Below are positions 46,952 through 54,002 of a stretch of DNA of 54,002 nt, in pieces (position 1 is the stretch's first letter; the number at the start of each line of letters is the position of its first letter). Where the stretch lies: the NCBI GenBank assembly GCA_029262155.1, contig JAJCZW010000103.1, positions 1-54,002 on the forward strand, written 5' to 3'. This DNA comes from Gemmatimonadota bacterium (lineage in GTDB: Bacteria; Gemmatimonadota; Gemmatimonadetes; Gemmatimonadales; GWC2-71-9). The notes under the pieces are model-generated. The model saw nothing but the letters and a program-made list of their open reading frames with translations. It had not been told where the DNA came from and did not search any database. The position numbers and the translations under genes are program-made.

Positions 46952-47158
46952 ATGGCCACGGGTACCGTGAAGTGGTTCAACGACGCAAAAGGATTCGGTT
47001 TCATCGCCCAAGAGGGCGGCAAGGATGTCTTCGTTCATCACACCGCGATTGTATCAGACGGATTTCGTTCGCTCGCCGAGGGCGACCAAGTTGAGTTTGA
47101 AGTCGTCGACGGACCGAAGGGGCTCCAGGCGTCCGAAGTGAAGAAGGTAGCCAGTTAA
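46952..47158 (+). CDS. cspA: cold-shock protein (CspA family)
   Basis: [33 protein letters not shown] (RNP1/RNP2 motifs). 68 aa. Confidence 0.95.
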   Translation: MATGTVKWFNDAKGFGFIAQEGGKDVFVHHTAIVSDGFRSLAEGDQVEFEVVDGPKGLQASEVKKVAS

Positions 47159-47167
47159 CCAGCGGTC

Positions 47168-47758
47168 ATGAGTGTGATGCGTCAGTTCCATTATGTGAAG
47201 CCGCCGCCGACCCGTCGTTCGGCGGCGGCCTTCATTCGGCGGTATGGTACGCTCGCGGGAGGACTCCTCCTCATCGCATCCGGGCTCATGGCGCAGTCGG
47301 CGCCAGCGCTTGAGTTCTTTCGGCTCCGTCCGGGAGCACCATGGGCGATCGTCTCACAGACGCTGATTGACCTCGGTGCCGATCCCATCTGTCGTCCGGC
47401 AACGGACCGGCGGATCGTGGAGTGCCGGGGACGGGTGGCCCTCATAGGTGGCCAGAATCCGTACGAAGTCATCGTGTCCCTGGTGCACGACAGCACCGCG
47501 GTCATCCTCTTATCGGGACAGATCGAGGAATCTCGGGTCACGGCGTGGGTGAACCTTCTCGATCGGGTTCTGGGCCCCCCTCGCCTCCGTCGAAGAGGCT
47601 CCCAACGCACCTGGGAGTGGATTCGGAATCGGCAGATGCTCCGAATGAGCTACCGACCCACGATCGGTCTCGTCGTCAATCTGACGGATGGACCTCTGCT
47701 CGACGGGCTGGACCAAACCGAGACACTACCACCGGCTGGCGCAGACCCTCGTCCCTGA
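47168..47758 (+). CDS. hypothetical membrane-anchored/secreted protein
   Basis: 196 aa with an N-terminal hydrophobic segment GTLAGGLLLIASGLMAQSAPA. Starts 10 nt after the csp gene. No family recognised. Confidence 0.5.
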   Translation: MSVMRQFHYVKPPPTRRSAAAFIRRYGTLAGGLLLIASGLMAQSAPALEFFRLRPGAPWAIVSQTLIDLGADPICRPATDRRIVECRGRVALIGGQNPYEVIVSLVHDSTAVILLSGQIEESRVTAWVNLLDRVLGPPRLRRRGSQRTWEWIRNRQMLRMSYRPTIGLVVNLTDGPLLDGLDQTETLPPAGADPRP

Positions 47759-47771
47759 CCATCTTCGACCC

Positions 47772-48905
47772 ATGTGGAACCCCCTTCGCACAGCACCTGT
47801 CCTCTCGTGGATCTTCACCGTTCTTACCCTCGCCAGCTGTGGACGTGGCAATCGACCGATCGTCATTGGCCTCGCCGGCCCCCTCTCCGACCCTGTCGGG
47901 GCACCCATGTTGGCGGCGGCCCGGATGGCGGTTGACGAAATCAACGCGGCCGGAGGAGTGCGCGGTCGGCGCTTGGCGCTCGAATTCTATGATGACCTTG
48001 GAGTAACCGATTCGGCCGTTCGGATCGCTGCCACCCTCTCTGCGGGAGAGGCGGTGGCGGTGATCGGCCATGCTTTTTCGCGCACCACCCTCGCGGCGGC
48101 CGCGGTGTATGCTGGTGCCCCGATCCCGATTGCATCGATTACGCCCTCATCCTCATCACCCGACATTACCGAGGCGGGGGATTGGCTGTTTCGCACCTGT
48201 CCGACCGACCTCTCACATGGCGACGCCTTGGCCAAATGGGCCAAGGATGGGTTGCAATTGGACCGGGGGGCGGTGCTCTACGTCAACGATGAATACGGTC
48301 GCGGTATTCGTAGAGCATTTGTCGACCGGTTCAGCGGGCTCGGAGGGGAGATTCTTGAGCAAGACCCCTTTCTCGACAGCCCACCCGATATGGGCCCGTT
48401 CCTTGAACGGATACAACAGGGCGGACGGACCCAGTTTCTCATGATCGCCGGCGACCGCCCCCAGGCGATGGGAATCATCCGGCAGGCGCGGGCGTTGGGC
48501 CTCCAGATGCCCATCCTCGGTGGCGACGGCCTCGAAGGGATCGAGCAGGATGGAGCCTTAGCCAACGGCGCGTTTGTGAGTTCGGCCTATCTACCGATCC
48601 TCACTACGCCAGCCAACCGACGCTTTGTCGACCAATACAGAAATCGCTTCCCCAACGAAGGGCCACCGAACCAACCCGGTGCCGCAACCTACGACATCAT
48701 CCACCTCCTGGCGCGGGTGATTGGAGAATCGGGCGTGAAGCGGGCCGCGATTCGAGATGGATTGAGCCGGGTGGGTCGGGAGGACCCTTCGTATCGGGGA
48801 GTGACCGGCCCAATCGGTTTCGATGCCCACGGCGACTTGCTGGGCCAGCAGGTGTGGATTAGTGAGGTGAAAGACGGTGCGATCAAGCTGGCTGGGGAAC
48901 GGTAG
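47772..48905 (+). CDS. LivJ-type (Peripla_BP_6) periplasmic binding lipoprotein
   Basis: Start trimmed to ATG 47772, giving the lipobox signal MWNPLRTAPVLSWIFTVLTLASC. IVIGLAGPLSDPVGAPMLAAARMAVDEINAAGGVRGRRL is typical of branched-chain amino-acid-type binding proteins. Confidence 0.85.
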   Translation: MWNPLRTAPVLSWIFTVLTLASCGRGNRPIVIGLAGPLSDPVGAPMLAAARMAVDEINAAGGVRGRRLALEFYDDLGVTDSAVRIAATLSAGEAVAVIGHAFSRTTLAAAAVYAGAPIPIASITPSSSSPDITEAGDWLFRTCPTDLSHGDALAKWAKDGLQLDRGAVLYVNDEYGRGIRRAFVDRFSGLGGEILEQDPFLDSPPDMGPFLERIQQGGRTQFLMIAGDRPQAMGIIRQARALGLQMPILGGDGLEGIEQDGALANGAFVSSAYLPILTTPANRRFVDQYRNRFPNEGPPNQPGAATYDIIHLLARVIGESGVKRAAIRDGLSRVGREDPSYRGVTGPIGFDAHGDLLGQQVWISEVKDGAIKLAGER

Positions 48906-48911
48906 ACCCTG

Positions 48912-50597
48912 ATGGGGAGCCTTAAACGCCGCCTTATTTTGGGCACGGCCATGCTGGTCCTGCTCGTGTTGGGAACCGCCCTGGTTGGGATCAGTGCCAT
49001 CCGGTCGCTCGATCAGGCCGTGACCACCGACCTCGATGCGGTGCTCAGAGGCAACGTCCTCGCGAGTGCCTTAGTGGGACTGCAAGCCGAGCAGACGCGG
49101 GCTGCTGAATCGTACCTAACGAATGGTGACGGCCAAAGCCAGAATCAGTTCCGGGTCATTGGCGACTCCGCTCACACGATTCAGCGGGCGCTCCGTCGTC
49201 TCAGCGGACTGTCGGCGGAAGATCAGGCCCGACTGAACCAGATTGCCATTCATCAAGGCGAAGTGGAGGTCGCCTTTGCTCGGGCCCATGCGCTCCGGGA
49301 TTTAGGTCGGCCCCAAGCAGCTCGTACAGCGGCGGATCAAGCCCAGCCACCAACCGATAGTATCACGGCCGCCCTGACCGCACTCACCACAATACAACAG
49401 AATCGGGTCCAGACGCAGGCGTCCTCACTCCAGCGGCTCGCCACTCGACGCCAATCGGTGGTCTGGTTGCTCTTCATTGTGGCACTCCTGCTGGGTGTCG
49501 CTACGGCGGCCTGGATCATCCAGTCGATCGACATCCCGTTGGCCCGACTTACTGCGGCCACCGACCGTATGGGCAAGGGCGACCTCCGCCCGGTCGACCT
49601 CGGCAGTATGCCGCACGAGCTTCAGCAACTCGGTGAGTCCGTCAACCGCATGGGAAGCAGCCTGCATGATGTCGTTGAGGCCGTGATCCGCGAGGCTCGC
49701 GAAGTCAGCGCCAGCGCCTCGGATTTCTCCGCCATGAGCCAACAACTCGCCGCAAGCGGTTCCCAGATTACCGAAGAGATGTCTCACGTCTCGTCCCGTG
49801 CCGTCGAACAAGCTGCGAATGTGAAAACCCTCGAGTCGGTATTCTCCGACATTCGTCGCGGCGTGACAACCAACGCCGGTCTTGCTGCCGAGTCATCCGA
49901 ACTCTCGCACCGCATCCGCTCCATCGCCGACTATCACCGCAGCAGTATCGAGCGAACCACCGCCTCACTCGGGGAACTCCGCACCATCGTTTCTTCCGCC
50001 GGTGAACAGATCAAACGGTTGACCGGCCAGGCCGATCGACTCGCCGATTTCGTCGAACGGGTTCGGTCGCTCGCCGATCAAAACGGAGTGCTCGCGGTCA
50101 ATGCCGCCGTTGAATCGGGACGCATTCACGAATCGGGCGAAGGGGTCTCTGCCGTTGCCAAGGAGATCCGGACGCTGGCGGATGCCGGAGGCGAATTGGT
50201 GGAGTCTGCCGAGCGGGTGACGGCCACGCTTCACGCCCAGATCCAGGAAACCGTCGGTGGCATCGCCACCGGGTCGGCACGCATTCTCGCCATCGAGGGG
50301 GCCACCGCGCAGACCGGGGGGGCGCTCCAGGAAATCATCCAAGCCGTGGATGCGGTCACGGTCTCCGCCGAGAAGGTCGTGGGTGGTGTCAAGCGGGTCC
50401 ACGGGCTGGTGGGTGACTTGGCCGAACACACGACCGCCGTCGATGCCATTGCGCGGCAGCAAGCGGCCGTGAACGATTCCGTCGCCGCGAGTGTCGCCGA
50501 ACAGACCGCTTCAACCGAAGAGATCGCCCGCGGGGCGGCCGGACTCTTCGAGGCCGCTCAACGCTTGCAGGCGCTGGTATCTGATTTTCGGATTTAG
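48912..50597 (+). CDS. methyl-accepting chemotaxis-type transducer (4HB sensor, HAMP, MCP signal domain)
   Basis: TM1, a helical periplasmic region of about 170 aa, TM2, HAMP (IPLARLTAATDRMGKGDLRPVDL), then a long coiled-coil MCP domain with the tip NGVLAVNAAVESGRIHESGEGVSAVAKEIRTLAD. Confidence 0.85.
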   Translation: MGSLKRRLILGTAMLVLLVLGTALVGISAIRSLDQAVTTDLDAVLRGNVLASALVGLQAEQTRAAESYLTNGDGQSQNQFRVIGDSAHTIQRALRRLSGLSAEDQARLNQIAIHQGEVEVAFARAHALRDLGRPQAARTAADQAQPPTDSITAALTALTTIQQNRVQTQASSLQRLATRRQSVVWLLFIVALLLGVATAAWIIQSIDIPLARLTAATDRMGKGDLRPVDLGSMPHELQQLGESVNRMGSSLHDVVEAVIREAREVSASASDFSAMSQQLAASGSQITEEMSHVSSRAVEQAANVKTLESVFSDIRRGVTTNAGLAAESSELSHRIRSIADYHRSSIERTTASLGELRTIVSSAGEQIKRLTGQADRLADFVERVRSLADQNGVLAVNAAVESGRIHESGEGVSAVAKEIRTLADAGGELVESAERVTATLHAQIQETVGGIATGSARILAIEGATAQTGGALQEIIQAVDAVTVSAEKVVGGVKRVHGLVGDLAEHTTAVDAIARQQAAVNDSVAASVAEQTASTEEIARGAAGLFEAAQRLQALVSDFRI

Positions 50598-50606
50598 AAA
50601 AGAACC

Positions 50607-51089
50607 CTAGCGCTTCCGAGCAGCAACCTTCGCCTTGGGACGCGCTTTCGCTCCACCAGACTTCGTAGCTTTCGACTTTGCCGCCGATGTGACTGGTGCG
50701 GATTTCGACTTTGCAACCGACTTGACGGGTGTGGCCTTCACTTTTTTGGGCGCCGCCTTCTTGTGAACAACACTGGCCTTCGGCTTGGGAGTCGGTGTGG
50801 CCTTTGTTTTGACCATCCGAAACTTCTTCCCAGCCGAGCGCTGGGTCCGCTTCAAGGCCAGTTCCCGCACCTCTGCCAACACCCGATCACTCTCACTCGA
50901 CGACAGGAGGTTGCGCCGGACGGCGAATTGCAGAATCTCCTGGGCGTCAGACACCTCGAACTCACTCGACCGTGAGGCAATCTGAATCACCTTGACGAAT
51001 GCGTCCGCTACCGGGCTCCGCAATACCTTGGCAATCCCCGGTAACGTCTCCAGCAAGTTCGAAATCTGTGCTCCGCCAAGTTCGCTCAC
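50607..51089 (-). CDS. protein with histone-H1-like Lys/Ala/Pro-rich C-terminal tail
   Basis: An N-terminal domain of about 85 aa with no recognised family, then KTKATPTPKPKASVVHKKAAPKKVKATPVKSVAKSKSAPVTSAAKSKATKSGGAKARPKAKVAARKR. GTG start is preceded by GGAGG. Confidence 0.6.
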   Translation of the reverse strand: MSELGGAQISNLLETLPGIAKVLRSPVADAFVKVIQIASRSSEFEVSDAQEILQFAVRRNLLSSSESDRVLAEVRELALKRTQRSAGKKFRMVKTKATPTPKPKASVVHKKAAPKKVKATPVKSVAKSKSAPVTSAAKSKATKSGGAKARPKAKVAARKR

Positions 51090-51140
51090 ATCCGCCTCCT
51101 AACCGATGCTACACCGGCCCTCGGTACCAAAGAACCGAGC

Positions 51141-51169
51141 AACCTAGCACGACCCGATCTGAGGGTCAA
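51141..51169 (-). promoter_or_regulatory. candidate sigma-70 promoter of the H1-like gene
   Basis: The minus strand reads TTGACC (rc of 51164-51169), a 17-nt spacer, then TAGGTT (rc of 51141-51146). It lies about 50 nt upstream of the GTG start. Confidence 0.35.
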
Positions 51170-51221
51170 GCGCTAAGTCAGGCGGAGCGTGCCAAAATGG
51201 CAGTGCAGGGGATGTTCGCTG

Positions 51222-52340
51222 CTAGAATGATTGACGGAGGAGCAGTGATGCCGCCCATCCACGCAACCGGTGCCGTCTCCCAACCAACGTTTCGAGACGG
51301 CCGAACTCGACCCGGGCTTGGGGGATCAAGCTGAGGTTCGCCCCCACTCGGAACCTGACGGTTGAGCCGAGGGAGGTAAGCCGGCTTTGGCCCGTTTCGG
51401 GGGCGGAAACCCGGAATTCGGTGCTTGGCTCCCACACAATCGATCGGGTGAGTGGGACGGCGTAGTTTGCACCGATCGCGAAAAGGTTCTCATTGTTTGC
51501 GGCTTGGACCCCGGTGCTGTCACCGTCGTTGCGATAGAAATCCCACGCAAACAGAGTGAGTACACCGGTCCCAATCCGACCGGCCCACGAACTCTCGACA
51601 ATGAACCTGGTTCCGGGCCGGTACACCCCGGACACCCCACCGCCCGTGCGGAACTCATCATCACCGAAGGTGCTCGCGGTCACCCCAAACGCAATGCGCG
51701 AGGACCCGATGAGGCGATCGACCCCGGCACGCAGTCGCCCCTCAAAACCGGAGCGATAGGTAAAGGGACCGTTCTGGTCGATAAAGGGAGTGTACTTCGC
51801 ATTGAACCGAGCACTCGCCGCCACACCGACATTCCACGACCCAAGTGACGTGACCCCCGCAAGGCCTGCCGTAAGAGAACCACCGTTACCGTATGAGTTG
51901 ACCGGGAAGGACAAGAAGCTGCTACTCACGGTACTCAGCAGCACCTGCTCTTCCTCGCTCAACCGATCGCGACCAGTTGGCAGGTTGACGAGAAGTGTTG
52001 CCACAAAGGCATCCTGACCGAAGACGTACGCCGCTCGGATTTGGGTATCGGTCAGGCTGGTGATCGTGCTGGTGGGGCGATCACGGCGAACCACGACGGT
52101 CGATGCGAGGGTCGAGCCAATGTCGATCGTGACCAGCCCGAGTGGAAACACAACCCCAAATGGCATGGTCACTTGAGAAATCGAGCTCACCGCCGACTGA
52201 TCTCCGATGGATATGCCTCGGGTATCGATCCCACCGAGCAGAAACCCGCGACTCCCGAACGCCGATTGGGCTGAGAGCGCCCCAAGGGGCACCCAGATAC
52301 CGAGGAACGCTGCGCCGGCGAACCGGCGCATATATCTCAT
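51222..52340 (-). CDS. outer-membrane beta-barrel protein (unknown family)
   Basis: Signal peptide MRYMRRFAGAAFLGIWVPLGALSAQS, alternating amphipathic strands, and a C-terminal ...LLLRQSF aromatic terminus. 4-nt overlap with the upstream lipoprotein gene. Confidence 0.6.
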   Translation of the reverse strand: MRYMRRFAGAAFLGIWVPLGALSAQSAFGSRGFLLGGIDTRGISIGDQSAVSSISQVTMPFGVVFPLGLVTIDIGSTLASTVVVRRDRPTSTITSLTDTQIRAAYVFGQDAFVATLLVNLPTGRDRLSEEEQVLLSTVSSSFLSFPVNSYGNGGSLTAGLAGVTSLGSWNVGVAASARFNAKYTPFIDQNGPFTYRSGFEGRLRAGVDRLIGSSRIAFGVTASTFGDDEFRTGGGVSGVYRPGTRFIVESSWAGRIGTGVLTLFAWDFYRNDGDSTGVQAANNENLFAIGANYAVPLTRSIVWEPSTEFRVSAPETGQSRLTSLGSTVRFRVGANLSLIPQARVEFGRLETLVGRRHRLRGWAASLLLRQSF

Positions 52341-53647
52341 GGGCGTGGGATCACGATGATGATATCACCGAGAATCGTGAGGCGCCCCGCATCGTCTTGC
52401 CGGAGGGCCTCGGGGAGCCGAGGGCGGGTCACTGGCAGCCGTGTCATGGTGCGCTGTTCCAGGGTTCCACCGGCGCTGGGCGCGATCACCTGGAGCGCAT
52501 GCTGGAGTACGCCGAGTCGGGTTGCATTGGTAGCAGCACTGAGGAGCCCGGGAGTCAGATCGACTGTGGCACCGGCGTTTGCGGCTCGGGCGGCCGACAC
52601 CGCTTGCCGGGAGGCACTCACAAACATCGGATCCTGGGCCGCCGCACGCGCAAAGAGGGTACTCGCCACCTGAATCTCGCCTCGATCCTGCGCTTCGAGG
52701 CCACGGCTGAAGGCGAGAAATGCCTGGAGGTCGGCAGTGGGTCGTTCACTGATCGCTCTCGATTCCGCCGGGCTCAGGGTCAAGCCCATCTGCCCGACGA
52801 GGTCGAGGACGACCTCTTTTTCCATGGTGAACAGATCGGCAACGGCGTTGGTCACCCGGCTGGTCGCGGTTACCTGTCCATCATCGGTCCGCACCGCTTG
52901 TGCTTCCAGGGAGAGGCCGCCGGCTCCGGTCTCCCGAAGGACGCCTTGTATCACGTGTCCCGCACCGAGGATCCGCCCTGATCGTGCCGCCGTGCTGAGG
53001 TCGATCCGACCGGCCTCGCCCAAGGCCATCTCATCGAGCAACACCTGCACCCGTTCCCGCTCCAAAAGCGTCACCTGTTCGATCTTGGCGAGGTCGGTCA
53101 CGAGGAGATGCGCAAGTCCGCGTTCCAGGGGGCGGAGCGACGAGTCGCGCCCGACGAAGCGCCAGGGCAGCACGGCGATCGTGTTGGCCGACGGTGCGTT
53201 CCGGGTCAATACGCTTTCCTGCGCCAAAGCGGTTCGGATATCACGCCGAAGGGTTCGGCGGGCGAGTAGCGTTAGGCGCCCTTCCAGCTCCCGATGCTGG
53301 CTCCCGGTGAGCGGCTGGTCGAGTCCACTCTGATAGACCGCCCTCGCGCTATCCAATCCGGCCAGCCGTTCGAAGGCTAGGCCGCGATAGATCATGGCAG
53401 GAAACACTGTCGGGTCGAGGGCTTGCACCGCGCCCAACACCTCCGTGGCACGGATCAGCCGGCCGGCCTCGTAGAACCGAATTCCGATCATCGTCAATTC
53501 GTCGGCATCGCGGGCGTGCGCCAGAGCCCGGGCGTCCAGCTGATCCAACTCCTCCGGCGTGACCGGGTTGGCCTGGAACCCGCCGGCACATCCCGCCAGC
53601 CCAAGCGCGAACCCACCTATCCAGATTGCCTTGTGTCCGATGTGCAT
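52337..53647 (-). CDS. lipoprotein with TPR-like repeats and a CsgG/TolB-N-like domain
   Basis: Start trimmed to ATG 53647, giving the lipobox MHIGHKAIWIGGFALGLAGC. TPR-like helices flank IAVLPWRFVGRDSSLRPLERGLAHLLVTDLAKIEQVTLLERERVQVLLDEMALGEAG...AARSGRILGAGHVIQGVL, which follows the CsgG/COG5616 pattern. Confidence 0.65.
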   Translation of the reverse strand: MHIGHKAIWIGGFALGLAGCAGGFQANPVTPEELDQLDARALAHARDADELTMIGIRFYEAGRLIRATEVLGAVQALDPTVFPAMIYRGLAFERLAGLDSARAVYQSGLDQPLTGSQHRELEGRLTLLARRTLRRDIRTALAQESVLTRNAPSANTIAVLPWRFVGRDSSLRPLERGLAHLLVTDLAKIEQVTLLERERVQVLLDEMALGEAGRIDLSTAARSGRILGAGHVIQGVLRETGAGGLSLEAQAVRTDDGQVTATSRVTNAVADLFTMEKEVVLDLVGQMGLTLSPAESRAISERPTADLQAFLAFSRGLEAQDRGEIQVASTLFARAAAQDPMFVSASRQAVSAARAANAGATVDLTPGLLSAATNATRLGVLQHALQVIAPSAGGTLEQRTMTRLPVTRPRLPEALRQDDAGRLTILGDIIIVIPRP

Positions 53648-53858
53648 CACAGACCTCGTCACGTGGTATCCATTCTGAATCCTTAATTTACGAGGCCAAT
53701 GGAGCCCACACAACGAACCACCTGCTCGGCGTGTTGCGTAACCTCGAACCTTCCCTACTTTTGTGTGACCTAGATCACCAATGTCGCGTGACCCATCCGC
53801 CGTAACACCCGCCCTCAATGGAACCCATGACAATCTTTGCACGACCGACATTCCCCGC

Positions 53859-54002
53859 GTGAGTCGATACCGAGCCACGACACCCTGGCGTATCTATCTC
53901 GTCGTAGGCCTCGACCTCATCGGATTCGCCACCCTCATGCCCCTGCTCGCCAGCTATGGCGATCGGGTTGGCGCGTCCCCCGCGGCGATCGGGTTCCTCG
54001 TC
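53859..54002 (+). CDS. MFS-type transporter, N-terminal fragment (runs off the right edge)
   Basis: My translation from GTG 53859: VSRYRATTPWRIYLVVGLDLIGFATLMPLLASYGDRVGASPAAIGFLV. It shows the pattern of the first TM helix and loop of MFS drug-efflux-like transporters. The start is uncertain. Confidence 0.45.
   Translation, partial: MSRYRATTPWRIYLVVGLDLIGFATLMPLLASYGDRVGASPAAIGFLV

Noticed and set aside
53648-53878. N-terminal extension of track ORF 52337..53878
   Set aside because: ATG 53647 yields a canonical lipoprotein signal (GFALGLAGC). The upstream 77 codons are basic, non-hydrophobic and reach into the promoter region shared with the divergent MFS gene.

Overview
GC-rich, densely coding bacterial chromosomal segment with about 50 genes on both strands. 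I recognised no rRNA, CRISPR array, transposase, integrase or phage gene, and found one tRNA-Cys(GCA). Three groups of genes dominate. (1) Core metabolism and housekeeping: rho, a methyltransferase-fadI-fadJ operon, glpD, a Kgd/OdhA-type fused 2-oxoglutarate dehydrogenase, tkt-tal, a DAACS symporter, arginase, an MqnA/MqnD-family protein, mscL, ogt and a cold-shock protein. (2) Envelope and secreted proteins of a diderm: an Omp85-family protein, two further beta-barrels, a barrel-less CarboxypepD_reg/TonB-plug protein, M28 and S9 peptidases, a HlyD adaptor, and LemA with an HtpX-like M48 protease. (3) Many signalling genes: a sigma-54 NtrC-type regulator plus kinase, a hybrid PAS kinase, a REC-HD-GYP regulator, a REC-DHp protein with no ATPase domain, and an MCP paired with a LivJ-type binding protein. 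The gene content suggests a high-GC diderm of the Gemmatimonadota or Acidobacteriota type, but that is inference only. Several long ORFs in the supplied track carry spurious N-terminal extensions. I trimmed these to starts that fit domain boundaries, neighbouring genes and the tRNA. Two edge-truncated CDSs absent from the track were added from my own translation. I found no canonical defence or mobile system. The observations most worth follow-up are listed here. (a) Rho lacks the N-terminal helix bundle and has an RG-repeat insertion in its RNA-binding domain. (b) An actinobacterial-style E2o-E1o fused Kgd/OdhA sits in a diderm context. (c) A HlyD gene, two ABC ATPase genes and a sigma-54 two-component pair form an operon with no permease. 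(d) A metal ABC locus has a dedicated beta-barrel but no ATPase. (e) A REC-HD-GYP gene sits next to a REC-DHp-pseudoreceiver gene. (f) A binding-protein/MCP pair has a degenerate MCP signalling tip. (g) A protein carries a histone-H1-like tail. (h) A TPR/CsgG-like lipoprotein gene is translationally coupled to a beta-barrel gene. (i) A 666-nt GC-rich gap has no credible ORF.
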